DNA of 64,000 nt, taken from Eledone cirrhosa (lineage: Eukaryota). A model generated the notes under the pieces. That model saw nothing but the letters and a program-made list of their open reading frames with translations. It made no database searches and was not told the DNA's origin. The stretch covers positions 262,446,001 through 262,510,000 of the forward strand of contig OZ024743.1 in assembly GCA_964016885.1 (NCBI GenBank), given 5' to 3'. This document shows positions 13,212 to 21,656 of the stretch, one piece after another (position 1 is the stretch's first letter; each line of letters begins with the position of its first letter). The position numbers and the translations under genes were made by a program.

Positions 13212-13694
13212 ATATTAAAATAACAGATTAAAGTTTAAATAAAGAATCGTTGCTTTCACCCTTAACAGGATCTTCTGAAACTAAAAAAAATCAATCTGTG
13301 AACGCAGAAGTAAATATTTCGAAAAACGTTACACACTATATATATACACACACACACTACATATATACACACACACACGTATAGCGTCATAATGTCGTAA
13401 TGCAGACAGCCAGCCAGACATTCAGACAGATATTATAAGGGCGCAACGTTATATCTATGTATCTATCTAAAAAGACAGACTAAGAATTATAGAGAGAGAT
13501 CGCTAAATCGCCTAATGCGGTTCCTAGGGCATTGAAAATTTGAAATATTTTTGGCTCAAAACACGACCATACGTATTACATGTGTAAAGTTTGAAAAAAT
13601 TGGTTGGGTGGTTCTCGAGTTTTAGGGAGTCAGACAGGCAGACAGACATTCTCTGTTTTAGATATATAGATAGAGTAATGTAAATGCTAAAGGG
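12578..13694. mobile_element. piggyBac-type MITE interrupted by a Helitron
   Basis: TTAA plus CCCTTTAGCATTTA at 12574-12591 and TAAATGCTAAAGGG at 13681-13694. Removing 12770-13670 gives a sequence colinear with the copy at 1509. Confidence 0.85.
12770..13670 (-). mobile_element. Complete non-autonomous Helitron (901 bp)
   Basis: Minus strand begins TC (13670) and ends CTAG (12770), with an imperfect subterminal hairpin. It sits between host A and T with no TSD and has a (GTCT)n-like tract near its 5' end. Confidence 0.85.
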
Positions 13695-13971
13695 TCTGAA
13701 CATAGCCAATATTTTCCAGTAATAGAGCAGAAGTGAGGTAAGTGTGACATATACAGTGTTTAGTGTGTGAAGTGCAGTGTGGTGCAATGAGGTATGTTTG
13801 GGTATTTGGGGTTTTCTCTTTTATGCCTGTAAACCTTCATGGTGGTGTAGATGAGGGTCCCAATAGGGACAGGTGAGGTGCAGTTACTTGATGCACATAG
13901 CTTCTCTCTCTATCTCTATCTCTCTCTATATATATGTATATGTGAGAAAAACCACAGACCCTCCATCTCAA

Positions 13972-14023
13972 CTCTACTTTTGAAAAGCAGAAGAACTGCG
14001 AAACCGGTAAAGGAACCAAATAA
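13972..14023 (+). ncRNA. Degenerate minimal type-I hammerhead ribozyme motif (Penelope pLTR-like)
   Basis: TTGAAAA (2 mismatches to CUGANGA), GCAG-aagaa-CTGC (stem II), GAAAC-CG-GTA (palindromic stem III with NUH triplet), then AATAAA. Confidence 0.45.
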
Positions 14024-14159
14024 ATATATATTTAAAAAAAAAAAAGACTCCAGTTGCATTTTCGATTTCATCTTTTTTCCTTATACTTTCCTTTTGTAGG
14101 ACACCTCGGTTATTTTTCATTTTGTAAAAAAAACCTCACTTTCTAATATATATATATAT

Positions 14160-14487
14160 GGCTTAGTGGTTAGAGCATTGGCCTTGCAATCAAAAGGTTG
14201 TGAGTTCAATTCTCAGACCGGATGATGTGTTGTTTCCTTTAGCAAGACATTTTATTTCACATTGCTCCAGTTTACTTAGCTGTAGAAATGAGATGATAGG
14301 GACTGGGATCCCTATCATTCCACTGTAAAGTGGTCGTGGAGGTGCCACGGCAAAAAAGCACCCAGCACTCACTGTAAATGAGGTTGGTGTTAGGAAGGGC
14401 ATCCAGCTGTAGAAATCAAGCCAGAATCAGTTGCCGTCCCACCCTTGCAAGCAGGGAAAAGCGGACGTAAAATGATGATGATGATGA
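14160..14487 (+). mobile_element. CORE-type SINE with tRNA head and RTE-derived 3' tail
   Basis: A box TGGCTTAGTGG, B box GAGTTCAATTC, CORE-like CCTTTAGCAAGACATTTTATTTCACATTGCTCCAGT..CTGTAGAAATGAG, and tail TAGGAAGGGCATCCAGCTGTAGAAA...GGACGTAAAA(TGA)n. Confidence 0.85.
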
Positions 14488-14499
14488 TATATAGTGTAC

Positions 14500-14864
14500 C
14501 TCTCATCAATTGCAGTTCTTTTATGTGTGCTTGTTTATCTTTTGTGTCAGTCTTACGACACCCATCACAATAAGCTGTAAGTGTTGAAATAATTGTAGGT
14601 GTGTACACAGGTACTGCAGTGTTTATNNNNNNNNNNNNNNNNNNNNNNNNNNNNNNNNNNNNNNNNNNNNNNNNNNNNNNNNNNNNNNNNNNNNNNNNNN
14701 NNNNNNNNNNNNNNNNNNNNNNNNNNNNNNNNNNNNNNNNNNNNNNNNNNNNNNNNNNNNNNNNNNNNNNNNNNNNNNNNNNNNNNNNNNNNNNNNNNNN
14801 NNNNNNNNNNNNNNNNNNNNNNNNNNTTGCTTGCATTCAATAATATTGTTTAAACATAATGGAT
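14500..14864 (-). CDS. Candidate host exon interrupted by the assembly gap; product unknown
   Basis: Acceptor TGCTTTACAG before 14864 and donor AG|GTACAC after 14500. Open peptide (D)PLCLNNIIECKQ [gap] INTAVPVYTPTIISTLTAYCDGCRKTDTKDKQAHIKELQLMR, phase 1-1. Confidence 0.4.
14627..14826. other. Assembly gap (200 N)
   Basis: Run of N with a round length, typical of a scaffolding placeholder. Confidence 0.99.
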
Positions 14865-15212
14865 CTGTAAAGCACATGGAGATGTTGAAAATGTTGTCAT
14901 TTTCTTGCCATAAAAGTATAGTATTTAAAGAGGTAATAACATTTAACAATAAGTGTTATAGTTCTTAAAACATTGTGAAAATTCGAAAACACTTGATTCA
15001 AGAAAACACTTGACTTAATAATATTTTACTATCAGAGCCTGTGATCAGTGATGCGGATGAGCAGCTTGTTATTAAGCCAGCATTAGATTAAACAGAAACA
15101 GTATAGCAATGTGTTATCAGCAGCTGATCTTCATTATTCCTGTAAATATTCACAGAGATTATTTAACTGGTGGAGTAATTTGGTTCATATGAAAAACGAA
15201 TGAAAACCGTTA

Positions 15213-15754
15213 CCTTATGTACTCATGTATAAGTCATAACTTTTTGTTTTCACATATGAAAATACTATGTAAAAACTAGCATGTAACTTATCTCAATAGA
15301 AAATATATGGTACATTGAAATTATACTGAGAGATCAGTGGTTCTTATTAAGTGCTGGTATACTTAAAAGTCTGTCTTAAGCCAGTAGGCTCGTTAAGCCA
15401 CTTCTTATCACGGTTTCATGGCATGAAGTGACTAGGAGTACAAGACTCCTCTCTGGACAGGACGCCAGGGTTAAACCTATTGATGGTACTCATTTTCAGC
15501 TGAGTATACTGGAACAATGTAAAATGAAGGGTTTTGCTCAAGAACACAACACTCAACCCAGCCCAGCAATCGAACCCACAACATTATGATCGTAACTGAC
15601 TTGCTAGCAAGAAAAATGGAATGTGAATTTTCCTGACTTGCTAACAAGGAAAATTTTACATTCCATGGTGATGATGATGATTGTAAATATTCTTTGTAAA
15701 AAGGAGGTGAGACTTACATATCAGTACAACTTATGTATGCATCAGTATACATGG
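15213..15754. mobile_element. Possible pogo/Tc2-like MITE containing a CORE-SINE
   Basis: TA-CCTTATGTACTCATGTATAAGTC on the left and CAGTATACATGG-TA on the right form a degenerate TIR pair. Confidence 0.35.
15385..15592 (-). mobile_element. CORE-type SINE with a non-RTE tail
   Basis: CAGCTGAGTATACTGGAACAATGTAAAATGAAGGGTTTTGCTCAAGAACACAAC...ATCGAACCC is the reverse of CORE plus B box. Confidence 0.7.
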
Positions 15755-16127
15755 TAGTTCTACATTTTGGTTTTTAGCTATGATGGCCATACTGGAACAC
15801 TCACCAACTTAGCTCATTTACTAATTTACAAATTGCTTTTGTTTTTATTTCATCTTATTATTATGCCTAATCGTATCTTGTGTGGGATTGTACACTAAAT
15901 ATTTTTCTTATTTTTTTTTCTATTTCATATATTACACCCTCATGTAATACATACACTCATACAATTTCTAAGTATATAACTTTGTGTGTAGATATCAGTT
16001 ATCAGTTGGTATATACATCATCATCATCATCATCATCATTTAACATCCATTTTCCATGCTAGCATAGGTTAGACACACACATACACGTGCGTGCATATAT
16101 ATATATACAGAGAGAGAGAGACAGAGA

Positions 16128-16250
16128 GCATGTAGCTTAGTGGTTAGAGTATTTGGCCCCTAATTATAAGGTTATGGGTTCAATTCATTTTGTCCTTAAG
16201 ACACTTTATTTAAAATTAGTCCAGTCCAATCTGTTGGATAAAAAGAGTTG
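16128..16250 (+). mobile_element. CORE-type SINE (degenerate)
   Basis: TAGCTTAGTGGTTAGAG...GGGTTCAATTC...GTCCTTAAGACACTTTATTT. Confidence 0.65.
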
Positions 16251-16299
16251 TGCTTGCAATTGTGTGTTTTACAATATATATATATTGTCTTAGCCCACT

Positions 16300-16615
16300 T
16301 TTTCCTGGGAGAGTCACAGGGCAGTGTCTTCAGACACACCTTTCAGTGGGTCCTGTCACCAAATAGTCCAGCTAGATTCCCAAGTAAGACCAGCTAAGGT
16401 CACGGATGTTATCCAAATCCTGGGTCTCTTGCCAGCTGGTTTTGTCTCTAAAATTTGTTCAGCAATTCTTTTCTTTGACATTCTGACCATGTCTGTAGTA
16501 TTGGAGCTGTGATCACTCAAAATGGGGAAGTAGCAGCTCTACCTGGAGTGACTCTTTGATCTCTGAGCTGCAGCAGAAGATGCCAAGCAGAACAATCTCC
16601 TGAACAACAAACACA
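16300..16615 (-). mobile_element. RTE family B 3' fragment
   Basis: Colinear with 20190-20520 and 39290-39655. Confidence 0.65.
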
Positions 16616-16617
16616 GA

Positions 16618-16695
16618 TTTTCAGGGAGTACTGATTCCAAATCCATATATATATATATATATATATATGGATTTGGAATCAGAACTCCCTGAAAA
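16618..16695. repeat. 78-bp palindrome centred on (AT)n
   Basis: TTTTCAGGGAGTACTGATTCCAAATCC-(AT)n-GGATTTGGAATCAGAACTCCCTGAAAA, with one mismatch. Confidence 0.95.
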
Positions 16696-17002
16696 AACTG
16701 TGGATGTTAAAATGGAGTGGAGATTATATATATATATATGGCTCAGAACTCTCTGAATAAAAACTGAGAATGTTGAGATAGAGTGGAGATTGTTCAGGTT
16801 GGTACCTTCTGCTGTTGAATGCTGCAAGTGAAAGTATCTTGGTGTGGCGCCCAGTGGCAAGAGGACCTGCAAGTTGAATCAGGTGGTTAGAGATACCAAC
16901 CAAGCAAAGGAGGAGGCTTACAAAGCTGTGGTACAAGCAGGCGCAAAAATGCCAACATAGAAAAGTGATGTAAAATGGTTGTGATGATGTTGACTATATA
17001 TA

Positions 17003-17390
17003 TCATCACTGCTTAATGTCCATTTTTCCATGCTAGCATGGGTTAGATGAGTTGTCCTGTTGTGAGCAATGCCAGGTCAGGTGACCATGTCTTGCTCTTA
17101 CAGAATTATTTTGGCTTGGTTTCTACAGCTAGATGCCCTTCCAAATGCGAACCACATTTACAGTGTGTGCTGGGTGCTTTTTGTTGTGACTCCTATACAG
17201 CCACTTCACAGTGTGAACTGGGTGCTTTTTGTTGTGACACCTACCTAACCACTTTGCAGTATGGGCTGGGTGTTTTTTGTCGTGACACATACATGAACAC
17301 CTTACAGTGTGGGCTGGGTACTTTTTGTCATGACACCTACATGACCACTTTACTGTGTGGACTGGGTTCTTTTTGTCATGATGCCCATGC
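17003..17390 (-). mobile_element. RTE family A 3' UTR with about five tandem 48-bp units
   Basis: Tail CATTTTTCCATGCTAGCATGGGTTAGA. The unit TTACAGTGTGGGCTGGGTGCTTTTTGTTGTGACACCTAC...CCACT repeats across 17158-17388. Confidence 0.8.
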
Positions 17391-17404
17391 GATACATGCA
17401 TATA

Positions 17405-17886
17405 TAAACAAGGGTATTAATGGGAAGATTATACTTCTTTCATCAAAAGAGCATTTTTATTCCCTTGTTTTCAATGAGATATGACCTCCAATCATACGAA
17501 ATATTGGTAAACTTTTTTCTTATAGTCATGTCCATCTATAAATTTAGAAATATGGCTATAAAGTCATATTCATTCTCCCCAGAGAGAAAAAATAGTCTGT
17601 GGTGAATTTTGTCACTGAAATATTGAGATTATCTTTACTAGACATGCTGCATTTTAAGTACAGAGTTTGCTTTGACAACAATTTTTTTTTCTAGGTTTTG
17701 TATTTTTCCTGTTGTTTGAAATGTTGACATCTTATTAACTTTAGATAAATCTAGCCCCCCCCCCCCCCCCCCCCCTCCCCCCCAAAAAATAATTGGAGGT
17801 CATATTTCATTGGAAACATTTGTAAGGGAATAAATATGTTTTTTTTAATGAAAAAAGTATAATTTTTCCATTAACACCCCTGTTTA
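17405..17886. mobile_element. MITE with ~85-bp TIRs (Tc1/mariner-like, TA-flanked)
   Basis: CAAGGGTATTAATGGGAAGATTATACTT...ATATGACCTCCAAT is mirrored by ATTGGAGGTCATAT...AAGTATAATTTTTCCATTAACACCCCTG. Confidence 0.7.
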
Positions 17887-18006
17887 TATTTGCTCTGCAT
17901 TTATATGTATAACTACTCTTCCACCCTAATATCTCTTTTTCTTCAAACCTTTATATATTATATATGAATATATATATATATATATGAATATATATATATA
18001 TATATA

Positions 18007-18048
<42 letters not shown>

Positions 18049-18575
18049 ATATATTTATATATATACACAGGCATACCACACACCACACACAAATCGTTCC
18101 CCGAAGTTAGTGTAGTTAACATTAATCCTGCCCGAATGAAGTAACTTGCAAATTCTTCGTAATTCTTGAAATGCAATTATACAATGAACAGACAGACGCA
18201 CACATATATCTATTCATACATAGAATATATATATATATAAATTTAGAGGGATAGAGAGATGTAGACAGGTGTGTAGGTTGGCAGGTAGATAGAAAAGAAG
18301 GTAGGTAGATCGATACGTAGATATATAGGTAGGTAGGTAGATAGAGAGTTTTGTTATTTGTATATGTGGTTTGTGAAGGTGTGGATATAAGGAAAGGATA
18401 ATTTACTACAGTACCAATGATTCAATCCACAGGTGTATATTCTTTTTACCATTTCATAAGTACATAGACTCACTCACACACATACATATGTATATGTATG
18501 TGTGGTGTGTTTGTATGTGTGTATATATATATATGTGTGTATCTGTATGTGTGCATATGTGTTTATGTGTATATA

Positions 18576-19136
18576 TATAAACTATAATAAAGTAAGAAGC
18601 GCGGGACTGCGTACGGTTTATAATTTTTTATCCCCTTAGTAAAATAAGTTGGATTACTTTGAATAAATAATGAATGAATATTACATAATTTATCCACTAA
18701 ATTTCGTGGCTGTTCATTAAATATATCATCATCATCATCTTCGTTTAACGTCCATTTTCCACGCTAGCATGGGTTAGACGGGAGTTGTCCCACTTGAGGC
18801 TAGGCTGGTCGGGTGATCGTACTTATTTAAAGATTCAATTCTTTAAAATTTTCAAATGTCCACACTTCCGGTTAGTGATCGTTTAAATAAATATATATTT
18901 CTGTCACTAATTTTATCCTAATGCAGTTTATATATAATATCGTCTTTTTTTAATGTATCATGGATTACGTTACTGATTACATAAGACAGTGTAACACAGT
19001 CTTCATTCAATTTCTGTGTATATTGTCAATTACGATTTTATTTGATGTATCATATCTACATGTACCTGCGTATAATATCAATATACACACTACACATGCT
19101 AGCAGAAAACCATGCGAAGGGTGGTTTTTCTGCTAG
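18576..19136 (+). mobile_element. Non-autonomous Helitron family H2, with an RTE tail inserted at ~18725-18818
   Basis: 5' T(C>A)TAAACTATAATAAAGTAAGAAGCGCGGG and 3' palindrome CTAGCAGAAAA...TTTTCTGCTAG|T. Homologous to 25730-26349. Confidence 0.8.
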
Positions 19137-19294
19137 TATATATAATATATGTATATCTATATGTGTGTATCTGTGTGTGTGTGCATCTGTTTACTTATGT
19201 GTGTATGTATCTGTGTGCATGCATATGTGTGTTACTGTATCTGTGTGTATCTGTGTGCATATGTGTGTGTGTGTGTTTATGTCCGTGTGTGTGT

Positions 19295-19545
19295 CTCATG
19301 AGAGTTTGAATCCCATGAGTGCGTTGTGTTCTTGAGCAAGACACTTTATTTCGCCTTTCTTCTCTCCACTGAAGTTTAAAAAAAGTGTACTCTGCCAGTA
19401 AGTCGAAGAAGCAATGTAGTCCCACCCTGAAACTCTCCGTTATATGTGTCTATGGAATGCTCAGACAATCTCACTTGAATTTCAGGTAGTTCCATTTGAG
19501 AAACCTAGCTGGAAGAATCCTCGTCGCAAGCGGTAGGGTACCATC
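19295..19545 (+). mobile_element. CORE-type SINE, 5'-truncated, with another tail variant
   Basis: GAGTTTGAATCCC...GCGTTGTGTTCTTGAGCAAGACACTTTATTTC. Confidence 0.6.
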
Positions 19546-19695
19546 ATACATATGAACACATAGACACACACACACGTTTCAAAGAAAATAGATCGATAAA
19601 ATACGTACAAGATTTAAAACTGAAATTGAGGTCAAGAAAATCCTTTAATCGTGTTGCCCCAGCATGGGCACAGTCTAACGTCTGAAACAACTAAG

Positions 19696-19762
<67 letters not shown>

Positions 19763-19763
19763 A

Positions 19764-19852
19764 CGAGGGTCGGATGAAAAGTTAAAATTTTGTGGCTGAT
19801 TATGAAGGATTGATGCTGGTGCTGTGAAATCATGCATCCATTAATTTCAACA
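19764..19852 (+). mobile_element. Possible mariner-type terminal fragment
   Basis: TA|CGAGGGTCGGATGAAAAGT resembles mariner TIR starts; no partner TIR was found. Confidence 0.35.
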
Positions 19853-19857
19853 CTTAA

Positions 19858-19996
19858 GGCAGTATCAGTAGAGGGTCGGACATTATAGTTTGCATCATAG
19901 AGTTACGGCTCTTTACAGTCTCAATTCAAATCTCGCCGAGGTTAACTTTGCCTTTCATCCCTATGGGATCGATAAAATAAAATACCAGTAATACAT
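19858..19996 (+). mobile_element. SINE S1 copy
   Basis: GGCAGTATCAGTAGAGGGTCGGAC...GCCGAGGTTAACTTTGCCTTTCATCC. Confidence 0.75.
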
Positions 19997-20077
19997 TATG
20001 ATAACAATTAATTTCAACTCTTCTCATTAATAAAAGCATTGTTTCTTTCCAGGGACTATGTTGAAAAATTAATCTCA

Positions 20078-20190
20078 CTAGCAGAAAAACCGCTACGTGC
20101 TGTTTTCTGCTAGCATATGTAGTGTGCATATTGGTATTATACGCAAATATGTGTATATAGATATATGTAAATTGAAAAGTAAATGACAAT
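20078..20190 (-). mobile_element. Helitron H2 3' end
   Basis: A|CTAGCAGAAAAACCGCTACGTGCTGTTTTCTGCTAGCATATGTAGTGTG. Confidence 0.7.
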
Positions 20191-20830
20191 ATCTTCTTCG
20201 CCCACGTATTTCTGAGAGGGTCGTGGGGGAAGAGTCCTTCTCAAACACCCCTTCCAGCGAGTCTGTTAGAAGCAATCATCTCTAACTGATCCAGCTCAAT
20301 CCCAAAGCGTGACCAGCCAAACTCATGGATATTATCCAACTATCTTGCTTAGGGTCTACCTCTGGGTCTCTTGCCGGTTGGTTTTGCCTGTAAAATCTGT
20401 CCAACGATTATTTACTGAGCCATTCTAACCACATGCTCATAATATCGGAGTTGTGATCTCTTAATTCTGAGAAGTAGCGGCTCTACCAGGAGTGACTCTC
20501 TGGTCTCTGAGTTATGCACTTCATCGAGTAACGTTACTCCAAAGACCCTTCGGAGGAATCCCATTTCTGCCGCTTTTATTTGCAATTGTACTCTTTTGGT
20601 CATTACCCAAGATTCATGATCCTCGGTAAGAGTTGGCAGGAATACCAGGAAGACAGCGAGTTTTGCTTTTACACCTACACCCCCTCCTTCTTCTGAATGC
20701 TGACACTGGCGCATTACTGCATCAGCTTTTGCAATTCTTGCACTTAATTCACCCTCTTGCATTCAATCACTCATGAACAAGGCCCCGAGATACTTGAACT
20801 TCTCTAACTTCTTCAGTAGAACTCCATTCA
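20190..20830 (-). mobile_element. RTE family B 3' fragment (ORF2 C-terminus, (GAA)n tail)
   Basis: EVQVSRG (FKYLG region, frameshifted), ELSARIAKA..., AAEMGFLRRV...SQLRYYEHVVRM and GRP motifs. Confidence 0.85.
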
Positions 20831-21064
20831 CATGTATATAAATGTGAGAGACTTCTGTCAACCCGTCCATCACACAATGTGAATGTGTGTTTGTGTGAAT
20901 GTATGTGTGTGTAAAAGGAAGGAAAGGGATACACACACATATATGTTTCTAACTTAAAAACAGTGACACACACACATACGTCTCTAATTTAAGAACGCCG
21001 ATAAACTCACGCGCGCGCACATACACACACTGTTCTATTACCACTTAAGAGCTTTGCCCCCCCC

Positions 21065-21345
21065 CCCCCCTCAATTTTGGAACCGTTTGGGTTGTCCAGA
21101 ATTGATGGGAAGAGATTTGACGGTCTTACTCTGTGCTCCTGGGACGTCACAGTTAGTGACTCTTTTGCTTCTTCCCACATCCTGGATGCAGCGGTAAGGG
21201 CGAGAGCTACAGCATCCGCAGCTGAACGGAACAAAATCCTAAAATACTGTGTTCTGTCAGCAAACTACATTACTCAGCCTGTGGCTTTCGAGACGTTTCG
21301 GGAAGTCTGGCTACTGACAACGAGGTTCTTATCTTCACTGGCGGC
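21065..21345 (+). pseudogene. CRE-clade-like restriction-like endonuclease (RLE) remnant
   Basis: EPFGLSRIDGKRFDGLTL..WDVTVSDSFASSH...ASAAERNKILKY...PVAFETF matches the C-terminal RLE of CRE-type non-LTR elements. Confidence 0.75.
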
Positions 21346-21417
21346 TCCTTTCCTTTGTATATATTATATTTGTTTGTGTTTTCGTTCTGTAACCATTATT
21401 GGCAGTATCCATTATTA

Positions 21418-21636
21418 GCGCCGCTAAATCCCATGGCTGGTTTCTCCTCTTCCACGTGTTAACACCCGGGAGCTGCCAAACTCGCGTCCACACCGTTCCT
21501 GGTCACCACTAGAGAGAGACCGATCTGCTGGCTCTTCCGGTCGAGCACCCTTCCGGCCAAGCACCCTTCCGGTCAAGCACTCTTCCGGTCGAGCACTCCC
21601 CAGCTTCCGGCCACCGCACACCACACCATACCCACA
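21418..21636 (-). repeat. 3' LTR
   Basis: Direct repeat of 25348-25561; contains five CCGGAAG motifs, mostly in 16-bp tandem units. Confidence 0.9.
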
Positions 21637-21656
21637 CGCCCCCCTGATTTCAAGGA

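Noticed and set aside
14160-14220. tRNA gene
   Set aside because: The A and B boxes belong to a SINE head that continues into CORE and a LINE tail; there is no complete cloverleaf.
17047-17484. 145-aa ORF with 16-aa Cys-rich repeats resembling a metallothionein or toxin
   Set aside because: It is the antisense translation of the 48-bp tandem units in an RTE 3' UTR.
21491-21502. 12-nt match (CCAGGAACGGTG on minus) to my recollection of the U2 snRNA 3' region
   Set aside because: It is short, lies mid-LTR, and has the wrong position and orientation for a primer site; likely chance.
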